From assembly GCF_018350175.1 (NCBI RefSeq), contig NC_058383.1, positions 15,192,001 through 15,256,000 on the forward strand: a stretch of 64,000 bases of DNA, written 5' to 3'. The position numbers were made by a program, and so were the translations under genes. Shown piece after piece: positions 25,801 through 38,099 of the stretch. Positions within the stretch are counted from its first letter, which is position 1. Each line of letters begins with the position of its first letter. The notes below the pieces were generated by a model. It worked only from the letters and a program-made list of their open reading frames with translations. It had not been told where the DNA came from and made no database searches. The stretch is from Felis catus. Taxonomy: Eukaryota.

Positions 25801-26390
25801 ACACACAGACTGAGGGTCATTTCCTCCATAAATGGAGGAAAATGGGCAAGGCTAGTCAGATGTATAGAGAATTTCATTTTTCATGCATCATTCAATATGT
25901 ATTTATACTCCATACTATGTGTCAGATAATGAGTATAGTCCTATGAGATCACAGTCTAGGAAAAGACATACCTGTCCATGGTGGGGAGAAATTAATTTTC
26001 CTTGGAAGTTTGCATTAGTGAAGATGTATTCAGCTGCAAGCTGTAGAATATCCAGCCAAAAGCAACTTCAAATTGCAGATATTTAATTATCTATTAAATC
26101 AAAACATGTAAAGGAAAAGGATTCTGGATTTGGTGAGCAGGTCAATAGTATCATCAAGGTTCTTGCCCCCTTAGCAGGCTACCAGAGTGGAGAAAATGTC
26201 ACCTCCTTTGTCTTAGCCATTATATTTCTTTTAAGTCAACCTGAGGTCACATTAGCTTTTTTTTTTGGCAGCCATCTCAACTCTGACTCATATGATGTCA
26301 GCTAATACTTGTTTTTTATTACGTGGACTACTTCTTAGCCATTTCACTCTGATGTGTATTTTGCACAAATTTGGTTTTAATTTGCTGGGG

Positions 26391-26617
26391 TTTTTTTAAT
26401 TTAAATTAAAAAATTTTTTAACGTTTATTTTTGACAGAGAGAGACAGAGAGCATGAGTGGAAGAGGAAGAGTGAGAGAGGGAGACACCGACTCCGAAGCA
26501 GGCTCCGGGCTCTGAGCTGTCAGCACAGAGCCCAACGCGGGGCTTGAACCCACAAACTGTGAGATCATGACTTGAGCCCAAGTCGGACGCTTAACTGACC
26601 GAGTCACCCAGGCACCA
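26391..26617 (-). mobile_element. CanSINE
   Basis: Full body. Confidence 0.9.
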
Positions 26618-26979
26618 CAATTTAAATTTTTAAATTTATTTTAAAAATGAACTTTTCCAAGACTGATCTCCTGCAGGAAAGAAAAGGCCTCAACCTTCTG
26701 ATCATGCAGTAAAGAAGAGGGTGCTTCTTCCACTGTGAGATCTTAAGTAGTAAATCCTGCCACTGGCAACAGCAAAGGCTAATCCCCAGCCTCCTGATAT
26801 TGTCAGGGCAAGGGGTAATGCCCATTGACCCCCACACACATCTTTAGCTGGTAGGATGGGATCAAATCTAAGATTCTATCATGTTATATGGTTATTTTAT
26901 CCTGGCCTCTGATTATGTGAAGTGTGTGTTATACCTAATGCTTTTCTAATCATGCAGCTTTAAAAACAGTGCCACGAGA

Positions 26980-28030
26980 TGAAGACCTAGTTTGCAGAAC
27001 AGAGTACAGGAAAGGAGAGGAGAGAGCTACACAGGAAGAGAGCCTCAGAGAACCACAGATTTCCCCAGAGAATTTAGTCAAATATTGATAAACCCATTAG
27101 TGTGAGGAAACTGCCAAAGGCCAGGAAAAGAGCCATCCAAAAGGATCAGAATGAGCAGTGCCTGGTGCTTACACAGACACGAGAATAATGCCTGTTCCTG
27201 CTAGTCAGACTGGAAAAAATTCATCATCCAGGACACTGGGCAGGGAGTTCAGAAAAGTCTTGCCTCAGTAGACTGGACTGAACACTGTTCTGGTTCTACT
27301 TAACAAATCTTAAAATCAAGACCCTAAAAGATCAATCTGTTCCCAAGTTACCTGCCTGGCAGAACAAAAGTGAAAAATACAAGAATATAACAATATCCAG
27401 CACTTAATAATGTAACATTTACAATGTCTTGCATCCAATCAAAGATTACAAAAGGAAGATTACAAAAAGAAGTAGGAAAATAGGACTCATAAGGAGGAGA
27501 AAAGGCAATCAATTGAAAATGACACAAACTAATATGTAACATTGTATGTTAATCATATTTCAATAAAAAAGAAGCAGACTTTTCAAAAAGAAAAAGAAAA
27601 CAACCTAGATCTGACAAAGATGTTAGAATTGTCAGACAGAGACATTAAAACAGTCATTATAATTGTATTGCATAAGTTCAAAAGATTAAGAGGAGATATA
27701 GGATATATATATATATTTTTTTTTAATCCTAGAGATGAAACTACAATGTCTAAAACGAAAAATGTAGTGGATGCATTAATGGCAGATTAGACATAATAGA
27801 AGAAAATAACAAACCTTGAAGACTTAGCAGAAGAAAGTATTCAAATGAAACACACAAAGATAAAAAAGAATTAAAAATAAATAAATACAGCCTCAGTAAG
27901 CTGTAGGACAAATTCAAGTGACTAATAATACATGTAACTGTAGTCCCCAAATTGAGGGAAGAGACAAAAAAATGTTAAATGTTTGAAGAAATAATAGCTC
28001 AAAATCTTTCCAACCATGATTAAAAAAAAA
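26980..28030 (+). mobile_element. Old L1M 5'UTR/ORF1 fragment
   Basis: A-rich; degenerate ORF1 motifs (ELSDRDIKTVII; gaagaaataatagctcaaaatctttcc). Confidence 0.6.
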
Positions 28031-28039
28031 CCACATTAC

Positions 28040-28898
28040 ATTAACAAGAAACATGAAGAAAATGGGCAGAGGATTGGCAAAGACACTTTTCCAAGGAAGA
28101 CATAGAGATGGCAAACAGGTGCATGAAGAAGGTTCTCAGCGTTACTAATCAGGGAGATACAAATCAAAACCATAAGGAGATAGCACCTCACACATGTTAG
28201 AATGGCTATCATCAAAGGCAAGAAATAACAAGTTTTGGCAAGGTTGTAGGGTAAAGGGAACCCTTGTGCACTGTTGGTGGGAATGTAAATTGGCACAGCT
28301 ACTACAGAAAGCAGTATGGAGGCTCTTCAAAAATTAAAAATAGAACTACATACGATCCAGCAATCTCACTTCTGGTTATATATCTTAAGGAAATGAAATC
28401 ACTAACTTGAAAAGATACCTTCACCCATATGTTCATTGCAGAATTATTTACAATAACTAAGACATGGAAACCATCTAAATACCTGTAGGCAGATGAATGG
28501 ATACAGATGAATGGATAACATATATATGCATGTATATATATGTATACACATACATATATGTATAGTGGGATATTATTCATCCATGAGAGAAAAGACTATC
28601 TTGCCATTTTTAATAGCATGGATGGACCTTGAGGACATTATGCTAAATGAAATAAATCAGATACTGAAGATAAATACCATACAATCTCACTTATATATGG
28701 AAAACTAAAACACACATGCACACACAGCAAAAACACAAAGGAAACAAAAAACCAAGTTCATAGATATAGAAAACAGATTGGTGGTTGCCAAAGAGAGTAG
28801 GGAGTAAGCAAAATGAGTGAAGGGGATCAAAAGGCATCAGTTTCCAGTCACAAAACAAGTAGGTCACAAGGAGATATAGCATGAGGAGATATAGCACG
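28040..28898 (+). mobile_element. L1MA-like 3' fragment, truncated at the right end
   Basis: ORF2 C-terminal and 3'UTR sequence (ttgccatttttaatagcatggatggaccttgaggacattatgctaaatgaaataaatcag). Confidence 0.75.
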
Positions 28899-29055
28899 TC
28901 TCATGGGTTCGAGCCCCACATCGACCTCTGTGCTGACAGCTCAGAGCTTGGAGTCTGTTTCAGATTCTGTGTCTCCCTCTCTCTCTGACCCTCCCCTGCT
29001 CATGCTCTGTCTCTCTCTCTCTCTAAAAAATACACATTAAAAAAAATTTTTTTTA
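28899..29055 (+). mobile_element. CanSINE 3' half (headless)
   Basis: Begins at the B-box region gggttcgagcccc. Confidence 0.85.
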
Positions 29056-29071
29056 AGAAAATAGATATTTG

Positions 29072-29512
29072 TAAAAAGTGGGTTGTTTGCTCATTGTTGA
29101 ATTCTGAGAGTTCTCTGAATATTCTGGATACAAGTACTTTGTAAATACATGCTCTATGAACATTTCCTTTCAGTCTGTGGAAATTTTTTTCTTTTCTCTT
29201 ATTAACAGTGTCTTTTGAAGAGCAAGAGTTGCTGTTTTTCTTTTTTTGTTGTTTTGTTTGTTTTCCTTGAGAGAGGGAGAGAGAGAGAATGGAGAGGGGC
29301 AGAAGGAGAAAGAGAATCTTAAGCAGGCTCCACGTTCAGTGCAAAGCCCAATGCAGGGCTTGATCCCACAACCCTGGGATCATGACTTGAGCCAAAATCA
29401 AGAGTCAGACGCTCAACTGACTGAGTCACCCAGGGGCCCCCAGAAGTTTTTAATGTTGATAGAGTAAATTTATCATCTTGTTCTCTTATGCCTGTGCTTT
29501 TGGGGCTTTTGT
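29072..29512 (-). mobile_element. Old L1 ORF2 fragment lying inverted relative to its continuation at 29592+
   Basis: Reverse complement is colinear with the plus-strand L1 that follows 29592 (see findings). Confidence 0.7.
29235..29441 (-). mobile_element. CanSINE
   Basis: Full body. Confidence 0.88.
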
Positions 29513-29591
29513 GAGCTTGAACTCACAGACTGTGAGATCATGACCTGAGCCAGAGTCAGATGTTCAACTGACTGAGCCACCCAGGTGCCCC
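29513..29591 (-). mobile_element. CanSINE 5' half (tailless)
   Basis: Head through B-box only. Confidence 0.85.
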
Positions 29592-29654
29592 AGCCAACAA
29601 CCCACTTTTTAAAAATAGATAACAGACTTGAACTTCATTAAAGAAGAATTGAGT

Positions 29655-29765
29655 GGGGCGCCTGGCTGGCTCAGTCAGAGAAGCATGCAACTCTTGATCT
29701 CAGGGTCATGGTTTCAAGCCCAACGTTAGGTGTAGAGATTACTTAAAATTTTTAAAAACTAAAAA
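29655..29765 (+). mobile_element. Short tRNA-Lys-like CanSINE
   Basis: ggggcgcctggctggctcagtc...gtagagattacttaaaa. Confidence 0.8.
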
Positions 29766-30517
29766 AACACAAGACAACATGTGGGTTGCAATATGTAGAT
29801 AAAAAGATGCTCAGACATCATTAATCATTACTGGAAAGCAGATTAAAACTTAGGTGAGATACCACTACATACCTATTAAAATGGCGAAAACAACCGCAGA
29901 CAGGTACAGATGTGGAGTAACCAAAACTGTTTCACGGCACTGGTAGAAATTTAAGATGGAAAGGAGTTGGGCATTTTCCTTGAAAGTTAATATATACCTT
30001 CTTTATGATCCAGCCATTCCATTTCTAGGTATTTTCCCAAGAGAAAAGATAGCTTATGTCCATACAAAGATTTATATACGAATGTTTACAATATCTTTGG
30101 TTGTAATTGCCCCAAACTGAAAACAATCCAAACAAATGGAAGGAAAAACAAATTGTGGTATATCCATTCAATGGAATACTACCAGCAATCAACAGGAATG
30201 ATGATGTATTCAACAACATGGATGGATCTCAAAATAAATGTGCCAGTAGAAGAAGCCAGACCGAAAAAAAAAAAAAAAGTACATCTCATCCCATAGGATT
30301 CCATTTATATAAAACACTGTAAAAGGCAAACAAATCTTTGATGACAGAAAGCAGAATAGTGGTTATCTGGGAGGGAGGAGAAGACCAGGTTATAAAGGGA
30401 TACAATAAAATTTGGGTAGGTGATGGACATGTCCACAATCCTGATTGAGGTGATAGTTTGTGGATGTATACATCTGTATTATTTATCCAATTGTATATTT
30501 ATAAATATGTGCAACTT

Positions 30518-30723
30518 GGGGGGGCCTGGGTGGCTCTGTTGGTGAAGCATCTGACTTTGGCTCAGGTCATGATCTCGCGGTTTATGAGTTTGAGCCCCAC
30601 TTCAGACTCTGTGCTGACAGCTTGCTCAGAGCCTGAAGCCTGCTCTGGATTCTGTCTCTCTTCCCCTCCCCCACTCACACTCTGTCTCTGTCTCTCTCAA
30701 AAGTAAATAAACATTAAAACAAA
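30518..30723 (+). mobile_element. CanSINE
   Basis: Perfect TSD ttataaatatgtgcaactt. Confidence 0.93.
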
Positions 30724-31279
30724 TTATAAATATGTGCAACTTACTGTAGGTCAGTTATATCTCAGTAAATTGAGTAACAGCAGTTTTAAAAGGCCCTCAG
30801 TTCAAGGATCAGAGTACCCTTCTTGGAGTCTCAAGTCCTCAGCAGACCTAGTGTGTACTACTTGGCCATTAACCCTCATTTGCATGTGCCTGTCTTGAGA
30901 AAACAAAGGGCTGTAGCCTGGCAGAACGCAGGGTCCTGTGGTTTCCAAGCAGGCTGCTCCTCAAGTCCCCAAAGTGGAAGGAGTGGCCGCCTGGCTCAGG
31001 CCCTTAGAGACAGATGACACAGAATGTGCCCGAAACCCAAGGGGATTGTTGTATGGGTGATGGAGCCCTTGTTGTATGGGTGATGGAAGCACCTGGTGTG
31101 TTGATCTGGAGGAGAGGGAGAAGGGAACCTCAGGGAGCTGATTTGGCTGCTCTACACTTTCCAGAGGTGAGAACCAGGATGAGGGCATGACAACCACTGG
31201 GAGAGGGTTCCTTCAGCTCTACCAAAAGACTCTCTCATTCGTGGTGTGATTCCTGTAAAATGCGTGCCTCTGAGTGGTG

Positions 31280-31420
31280 GTAAGGTCTCCATCACAAGAG
31301 GCTTTCCATTCTGGAAGGGACAAACCTAGGTTAGGATTCTGTAGAAATAATCAAAACACTGGCTGGGAGTTGCGTTCCGGGACTTCAAGGGTCCCTTCCA
31401 ATCCTTTAAATCTTTGATTT
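31280..31420 (+). mobile_element. L3/CR1 or MIR3 3' remnant
   Basis: agggtcccttccaatcctttaaatctttgatt. Confidence 0.4.
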
Positions 31421-31513
31421 TCTACCTAAAATCCCCTTGTGTTTTGTGTGCTGTGGTTACTAGACAAGTTAATATTGCATTTACATTGGAGAGATTCCAA
31501 AGACTTAAGAGAA

Positions 31514-31605
31514 TCTCTCTCTCTCTCCACCTCTCTCTCTCCCTCTCTCCCTCACCCTCTTTCTCTCTAACACACACACGCACACACACACACACACACA
31601 CACAC
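31514..31605. repeat. Compound (CT)n/(CA)n microsatellite
   Basis: Directly visible. Confidence 0.9.
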
Positions 31606-32892
31606 CTCAACTTCAAATATTCATTTCGCTGAATAATTCATTTGCAAACAATTCCAGAGTATCGGGACATTATTAGCTCTCATCACACTGCTTTCTTTCC
31701 ATTTCAAGTCTGGAAAGTTATTCTGGCAGAGAGGTACCTGCCACTCAAGCAGACCCAGGAGCCTGAGGAGCAGATGATAGGAGCTGCTAGCCCTAAGCCA
31801 GGCAGAACTACACAGGAGCTCTTTCCAAAGCTGTAACAGAGCCAAGGAGACCAGCATTCTGAAGCCCAGACCAACCCCCTGTTCCAAACAGAAGGGAGAC
31901 AAGAACATTCACTCTGTCTCATAACCATCACGACCATCTCAGGATGGTCAAAGTTCCATAATTGCTAGGACTCTTGACTGACACCTTCCGGCAGACATCT
32001 CCCCAAAGGGAAAAGACCAGAGGAAGCTGATAGAAATTGATCACGAACAGGAACACAAATCTCTTAGTATTCCTTCAGAAATAACTAAATGCCTTTCAAT
32101 TAATTTACGGAATCCATCTATTTGTGTGAGGATAACGAACGTTCTCTCTCGAAGGGGCACTTTGGTTGTGTTGGCTTAAGAGGACAGAGACCAAAATCCC
32201 TCCCTCACCAATGTTCTCACATTTTGTTCCGTGGCAGCTATGAGATGATCAGATTCACAGGGCAGCTGGGAATCAAATTAGGAAAACAGCAGATAATTCT
32301 AGGGCATTTTATTTCATCTAATTTCCATTTGTACCTGAAAGGAAATGAACATCTTAACAGCCCAGGAGAGTGAAACTGTCAGATGGAGTTGCCAGGATGG
32401 GAGAAACAAGTAGGCCCCCTGAGTCAAGGTGGGGGCTATGACGCTGCGGGCTCCCCCATGTCTCCGGTGGCCTGAGAAGGGCCACCCCATGGAATCCACG
32501 AAGACCTGTGACAGCCAGGGCAGCCAGCAGGAGAGGCTGGAATGGATTGCTCCACCAAAACTTCTGTCTCCCAACACTCTGGGGACAGCCGTGGGGACCC
32601 CAAAGCTCACAAGTCACAGAGCCTTCCCTAGTACATTTGTCCAGTGCAAATCTAGCCACAGGAAGTCTGCCTTGGTTTCTGTCATAGCACTCCAGGCAGG
32701 TCTGGCTGACAGTGGAATACCCCGAGACCACACTGTTGAGGCCACATGCTCCCGACCCGGGCTGTGTACTTCCAGCCGCGTTGGGCCTCCCCAGATGGGA
32801 TCCCAGCTCCCCCCATGTCCTTTCGGGCTCCTGGCATTACTTCACTTGCCCACTCCTCAGTCCAGCCTTGCCTCCGCTCTGGGCTTCCCTCC

Positions 32893-33505
32893 TGTGATGG
32901 TTCGTTTTGTGTGTCAACATGACTGGGCACGGGCTGCCCAGATTCATGATCTCTGGTTGTGTCTGTAAGGGTGTTTCTGGATAAGACTAACATTTGAATC
33001 AGCGGGCTGCGTGAAGAAGGTGGCTTTCCCCACTGTGGGTAGCACCGTCCAATCCCTGAGAGGCTGAATAGAGAACTGAAGGGGGAGGTGGGAAGAATTC
33101 GCCCTCCCCCCTTTTTTCCTGCCTCACTGTTGAGCTGGGATTTCCCATCTCATCTTCTGCCCTTGGACTGGGATTCACACACCACCAGCCCCCTTTGTTC
33201 CTAGGCCTTCAGACTTGGACTGAATGGCACCACCAGCTTTCCTGGGTCTCCAGCTTGCAGACAGCAGATCATGGGACATCTTCGTCCCTGCAATTGTGTG
33301 AGCTAGTTCCTCTTCATCAATATATGTTTATATCTATATCTATATCTATCTATATACATGGCAACGATGAGATGATCAAGTTCATATAGATGGATAGATA
33401 TGTAGATATAGATATAGATGATATAGATATAGATATATGATCTCCTCCATGTATATATATGATCTCCTATTGACTCTCTTTCTCTTGAGAACCCTGACTG
33501 ATACA
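32893..33505 (+). mobile_element. MLT2 (ERVL) solo LTR
   Basis: tgtgatggttcgttttgtgtgtcaac...gagaaccctgactgataca; flanks cctcc/cctac; internal (ATAG/ATAT)n tract. Confidence 0.85.
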
Positions 33506-34040
33506 CCTACCCTGCAAGCCCCTGTTGCTGAGCTCCTCCTGTGGTGCCCCAAAGCCAAGGTTTCCAAAACAGGATGCATACACATGACACTGGCATAAAC
33601 CATTGCTCCCATCCGCCCTGGTTTTGTCGAGTCAGGTGTGAGCATGGAAAGTGACCCGGGCATTTCTTTCTGAAGCCCGGGGTTGAAATGCCTCCTTTAA
33701 AAAAATCCAGGCGTAGCTCTTGGATGATCCAAATGAAAACCAAGGCTCCCGGGCAAGAAGGAAAGGATGCACGTGCCAGATCCTTCCTGACAGAGATATA
33801 AGTGGCGTGCCCTGGTTTAGATTCAGGAACCTCAAGAGACACATGAGCCACCAGAGCACCTGGGGCTGCTGGTTCCAAGACGTGAGTGAGCCCCGTGACA
33901 CGCAGAGCAGATCCCCTACCAAGTCACGTGCCCAACAGAGTGCCTCCTAGAAGCTGCCGCTATGTGTGGACTTGGGGGAGCTCTCTGGAGCCCCACATAT
34001 ATGCAACCTCCTTGCGATCGAACTTTCTCTGAGTGCACTT

Positions 34041-34606
34041 TGTGGTGTCTCTCTCGATCCAACGGGGGTCCTCCAAATGTGGGGTGATGATCAGGTGGAA
34101 GCCAGTGGCGTGGGCGGTAAGAGATTCACCCAAGGCATAACAAAAGAGAAGCTTATCGAATACACTGCATGGGAGTGGAGGGCAGGACAGCCCAGGAGAG
34201 GCTGTCCACCGCGAGCCAGTGGGCGGGGCTGGTCTTAAAGAAAGAAGGTGAGGAGGTACGGGGACTGTATGGAATTTTTCCTTTCTTGGTAAGCGTGCCT
34301 GGTTGTAAGTACCCATAGGACCCGTGGATATTTTAAGCCGGGTCACCTGATGGGCCTATCTCCCCCTTATGTCTTAGAGCATTTTACCTTCAACTTCACC
34401 ATAGATTATAACGCCACAGAAGGTAAAGTGAGGTCTCTGAGGTCAGAGGAGGAGGTGAAAATTCTCCCCTGGTGCCTTCTGAGGACAGTCCAGCCCCTGT
34501 CCCAGAATGTGTGTTGCTACGGTAACAGAAGAAAGGGCACCAAAGCTGGGGATAGTGACCTTTTCCAATATGAAATGGGGTTGGGAGGTTTCGTGAGTCT
34601 TCTTCA
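34041..34606 (-). mobile_element. Probable ERV solo LTR (family uncertain)
   Basis: TG...CA ends, ~570 bp, LTR-like composition; no clear TSD. Confidence 0.4.
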
Positions 34607-34758
34607 AGGTGGGCCTCTTTTAGAGAGCTAGCAGGTGTCGCAGGAGCCCAAGGGCTAGCGGGAAAACCTCTGAAAAGTTTTCAGACACTTGAGTCTCCTT
34701 CTCTGCAGGCCCCACAGCGTGTGTACCAGTCAGCTTCTTCTTGAAACTTCTGCTGGGG

Positions 34759-34871
34759 GTGAAGGGCATTGAGGAGGGCACTTGTTGGGATGAGCACTGG
34801 CTGTTGTATATAAGCCAATGTGATGATAAATTACATTAAAAAAATAATAATTTTTAAAAAAAGAAAAAAGG
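34759..34871 (+). mobile_element. Very short 5'-truncated carnivore L1 3' end
   Basis: gggcattgaggagggcacttgttgggatgagcactgg plus A-tail; TSD aacttct(g/c)ctggg at 34745-34757 and 34872-34884. Confidence 0.8.
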
Positions 34872-36346
34872 AACTTCTCCTGGGATACACGGTCTGTCCT
34901 GTTGGCCCCCAACACCATTGGCCAAAGGAAGCGGGATAGCCACGCGGGAAGGGAGCAGGACAGGAGGGAAGTCTGCTCCTCCCACAGGGGAGGCGCCAGG
35001 AAGGGTGCTCACGTGATGGGCCCCAGAAAGGGGTAGTGAATGAATGTGTAGGACAAATGCGCTGACCCCGGGGCGGGGGAGGCATGGTCCCTTAAAAGGG
35101 GATCCCGGTCCGCTGACACCACATATCGGGACAAAAATATCAAAGAGACTAAAATGTTTTGAAGAAAAGCTACAATATAGGTATGATGACTCATTTACAA
35201 CGTTCTCACTGCAGATTGCTAGAACTTAAAAGGATAAATTGCCCCCGTTCAAACTCAGAAAACCATTTAGGGCTTTTCAAAATCAAGAGAGGTGCCAAGA
35301 AGGCCTTTTGAAAGAGGCCATTAATAATGGACATGGCAAGTTACCCCTGACTTATTAAAACAGAGAATGATTTTATAAATGAGTCCATTAAAAAGTATTC
35401 ATGAGATATTAGGGCTCTGAGAACTAGTTGAATAGGGGGGAAGGGAAGATAATTAGGGCAGTTAGAAATCTGTTATTTTGTGAGCTTGCCAGGAGAAGGA
35501 ATTCCTAGGGTCGTTCTTGGGCAGATTGTCCCGTGGCTTTGCAAGGCGCCCGCGCAGAGCCACGCACTGCTGAGAGGAAGGTGGCGGGGGCCCAGTCCCT
35601 GCTCGGGAGCTTCCATCTGATTTAAACCAATAAAGTGCAACCCCGGTACTCGAAGTACGTACAAAGACAGGGCAGTCCCCTCAGGCGGGGGCACAGCGGG
35701 CCTCTGAGGGGGCCATATATCTTGGCTGCGTACTGAGAGGTGTGAATAGGCAGTGGAGAAAAGGGGAAAGCTGCGAGAGTGCTCAAGGTGAAGGGTACAG
35801 CAAAGGCAAAGGCAAAGATAAAACTGCTCTGCGTTTAAGGGCAAGGCTGCCACTAGCTGTGCAACGTGTATGTACAAAGCAGAAAAGACGCCACCTTTGT
35901 AGAGTTTTAACAAGTCAGGTAGGAATTTTATTGTGTGCTCCCCGAAGTGTACCTGTGAGGGCACTTTTGATGGGAAGGCCGCTGTTCTTTTGTATAAATT
36001 AGTATATGTCCCTGCTGTGACCCTCCTTACATGCAGCTACTTATTCAAGTGCACAACCTGAGCACCTGTACATGCAGGGCCTTGTTGGCAGGACTCCAAA
36101 GAAGTGGTATTGCTAAGACATAAAGTATACATGGGTGGCTTGGCCCTGTGTGTTAAGGGATAGTGAAGGAAAGGGGAAGCAGTGGTAGAAGATGTGGTTA
36201 GAAGGGTGCCTAGAGGGGTGCCTGGGTGGCGGTCAGTTCAGTGACCTCCTCGACTTTGGCTCAGGTCATGATCTCATGGTTCATGAGGTCGAGCCCCGCA
36301 TCTGGCTCCGCGCTGACAGCATGGAGCCTGCTTGGGATTTTCTCTC

Positions 36347-36942
36347 TGTGAGAAATAAGCCCATGGACCCAATCAAAGAAGGGACATGGAGACAGTATTC
36401 TTGCAAGAGCAGGTGTCTGGTGGACAGGCACCCTCTGATGGTCACAGCAGACAATTTATCTCCAAACGTGCAAGTCCCTCCCCTGGTTCCTCATTGGCTG
36501 AGTGCTACAGAGGTAAGTCCCTCCCCTGGTTCCTCATTGGCTGAGTGCTGCAGAGGTAAGTACCTCCCCTGGTTCCTCATTGGCTGAGTGCTGCAGAGGT
36601 GACAGCCTCACCAGGACATCGCCTATGCCCACGGAAGGCAAAACATAGTTTGAGTGGAACAGGTGTACATTTCCTGAGGAGGGGCAGAGACTTTCAGTCC
36701 CTTTTTCCTTCGTTCTTTGGCACATGCTCATTTCAAAGCCCAAGAAAATAAGCCCGCGAATCGAAGAGGGAAAGAAGAACCAGGAAGTGAAGTGTTCAAG
36801 GGTTTGCGACTCCATCGGGGGTGGGGGCGGGGGGGGAGGGGGTCTGTATGTATTTCCAACAGGTTGTAAACATACCCCGAACTAGAGGGCACAGCTCTTA
36901 TTTGGTATTTCTGAAAATGAATCATCTCCTTTACCTCTCACA
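36347..36942 (-). mobile_element. ERV1-type solo LTR (596 bp) inserted into a CanSINE
   Basis: Inverted termini tgtgaga/tctcaca; tctc on both flanks; the SINE resumes in register on the right. Orientation is inferred from CCAAT and a TATA-like motif. Confidence 0.8.
36472..36600. repeat. 3 x 43-bp tandem repeat inside the LTR
   Basis: Unit aagtccctcccctggttcctcattggctgagtgct(a/g)cagaggt at 36472, 36515 and 36558. Confidence 0.97.
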
Positions 36943-37885
36943 TCTCTCTCCCTCCCTCTCTCTCTCTCTCTGCCACTCCTCAACTCACACTTGCGTGCAC
37001 GCGCTCTCTCTCTTTCTCTCTAAGATAAATAAATATTAAAAAATAAAATATCTGCCTTGGTGAATGTTTTATAGTATACTAGCAGAAGTTTTCTGCCTGT
37101 GATGTATACATTTGCATGCATGTCCTGGGAGTGCCTGCTAGAATTTTTTCTGATAGGGATGCATGATCAATACAAGTGTGAAGACCCGTCCCCCCTTGTC
37201 CCCCCGCCCCCCCCCCCCCGGGCCTAGAGGCAGGGAGGGCAGTGAGGAGCCATGCAAAGGCCCAACACAGGAGGGAGAAGGGTCTGACCACAGGTGGTGG
37301 CAGCAGTGATGAGGGCCGGCAAAGCCCCCGAGGATGCTGCCAGGGTCCTGACTTGTGGGCTGGTGAGGCCCCTTCAGGAAGCCTCCAAGCGCAGACTGGC
37401 CGAGTGTGGGGAGCGGGTGGGCATCTCGGGCAGCTGGATAAGCAGGTTCATGGGTCAGAGGAGAAAGCAGAGTAGGCAACACCCGAGTGGGCCAGAGGGG
37501 ACGGCTGGGGTCGCTGTGGGTAAGGGATGGAGAGAGAGAGAGAAGGCAAAGATCAGCCTCGCCAGGCTGGAGGAGTAGCCAGAGGGGCCAGGACACCCGG
37601 CAGGTAAGGGAGAGGCGGGAGGGATGAGGGCCGGTCGGGTGGGCTGGGTCGGGGGGTCCCTGAGGACCTCGCTGGGGCAGACGCGGCCACATGGCTGGGA
37701 GCACAGCTGGGCTGGAGTGGACTCAGCAGAGGAACAATAGGAGATGACAAAGGGGGTCTCTTCACCTTGCGTTTTTGCTCACCAGACTGGGAGCAATAAA
37801 ACTGACTTTTAGAGAGCAATTTCCAGCTGTTATTTGAAGGAAACGGTGAAGGAAACAGACTCAGGACTTGCGAAATGGAGGATTT

Positions 37886-37928
37886 CTTTTTTTTTTTTTT
37901 TAAGTTTATTTATTTTGAGGGGGGAGGG

Positions 37929-37966
<38 letters not shown>

Positions 37967-38092
37967 CCCAAGCAGGCTCCATGCTGTCAGCACAGCCCAA
38001 CGTGGGGCTCGAACTCACGAACCATGAGATCATGACCTGAGCTGGAATCAGGTGGGTTGGATGCTTAACGGACTGAGCCAGCCAGGTGCCCC
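37886..38092 (-). mobile_element. CanSINE
   Basis: Full body. Confidence 0.9.
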
Positions 38093-38099
38093 GAAATAT

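Larger units (their letters stand above)
29592..30770 (+). mobile_element. Old L1 (L1MB/MC) 3' part
   Basis: tatgatccagccattccatttctaggtattttcccaagagaaa and downstream 3'UTR motifs. Confidence 0.7.
36215..37050 (+). mobile_element. CanSINE split by an LTR (36215-36346 + 36943-37050)
   Basis: Head lies before the LTR; (CT)n and tail lie after it. Confidence 0.88.

Noticed and set aside
32429..32968. 179-aa plus-strand ORF and similar GC-rich ORFs at 35473, 37138 and 41857
   Set aside because: No recognisable domain or splice context; the 32429 ORF runs into an MLT2 LTR; expected by chance at this GC content
36472..36600. Direct-repeat array resembling CRISPR
   Set aside because: Contiguous units without spacers, no cas genes, and a eukaryotic LTR context
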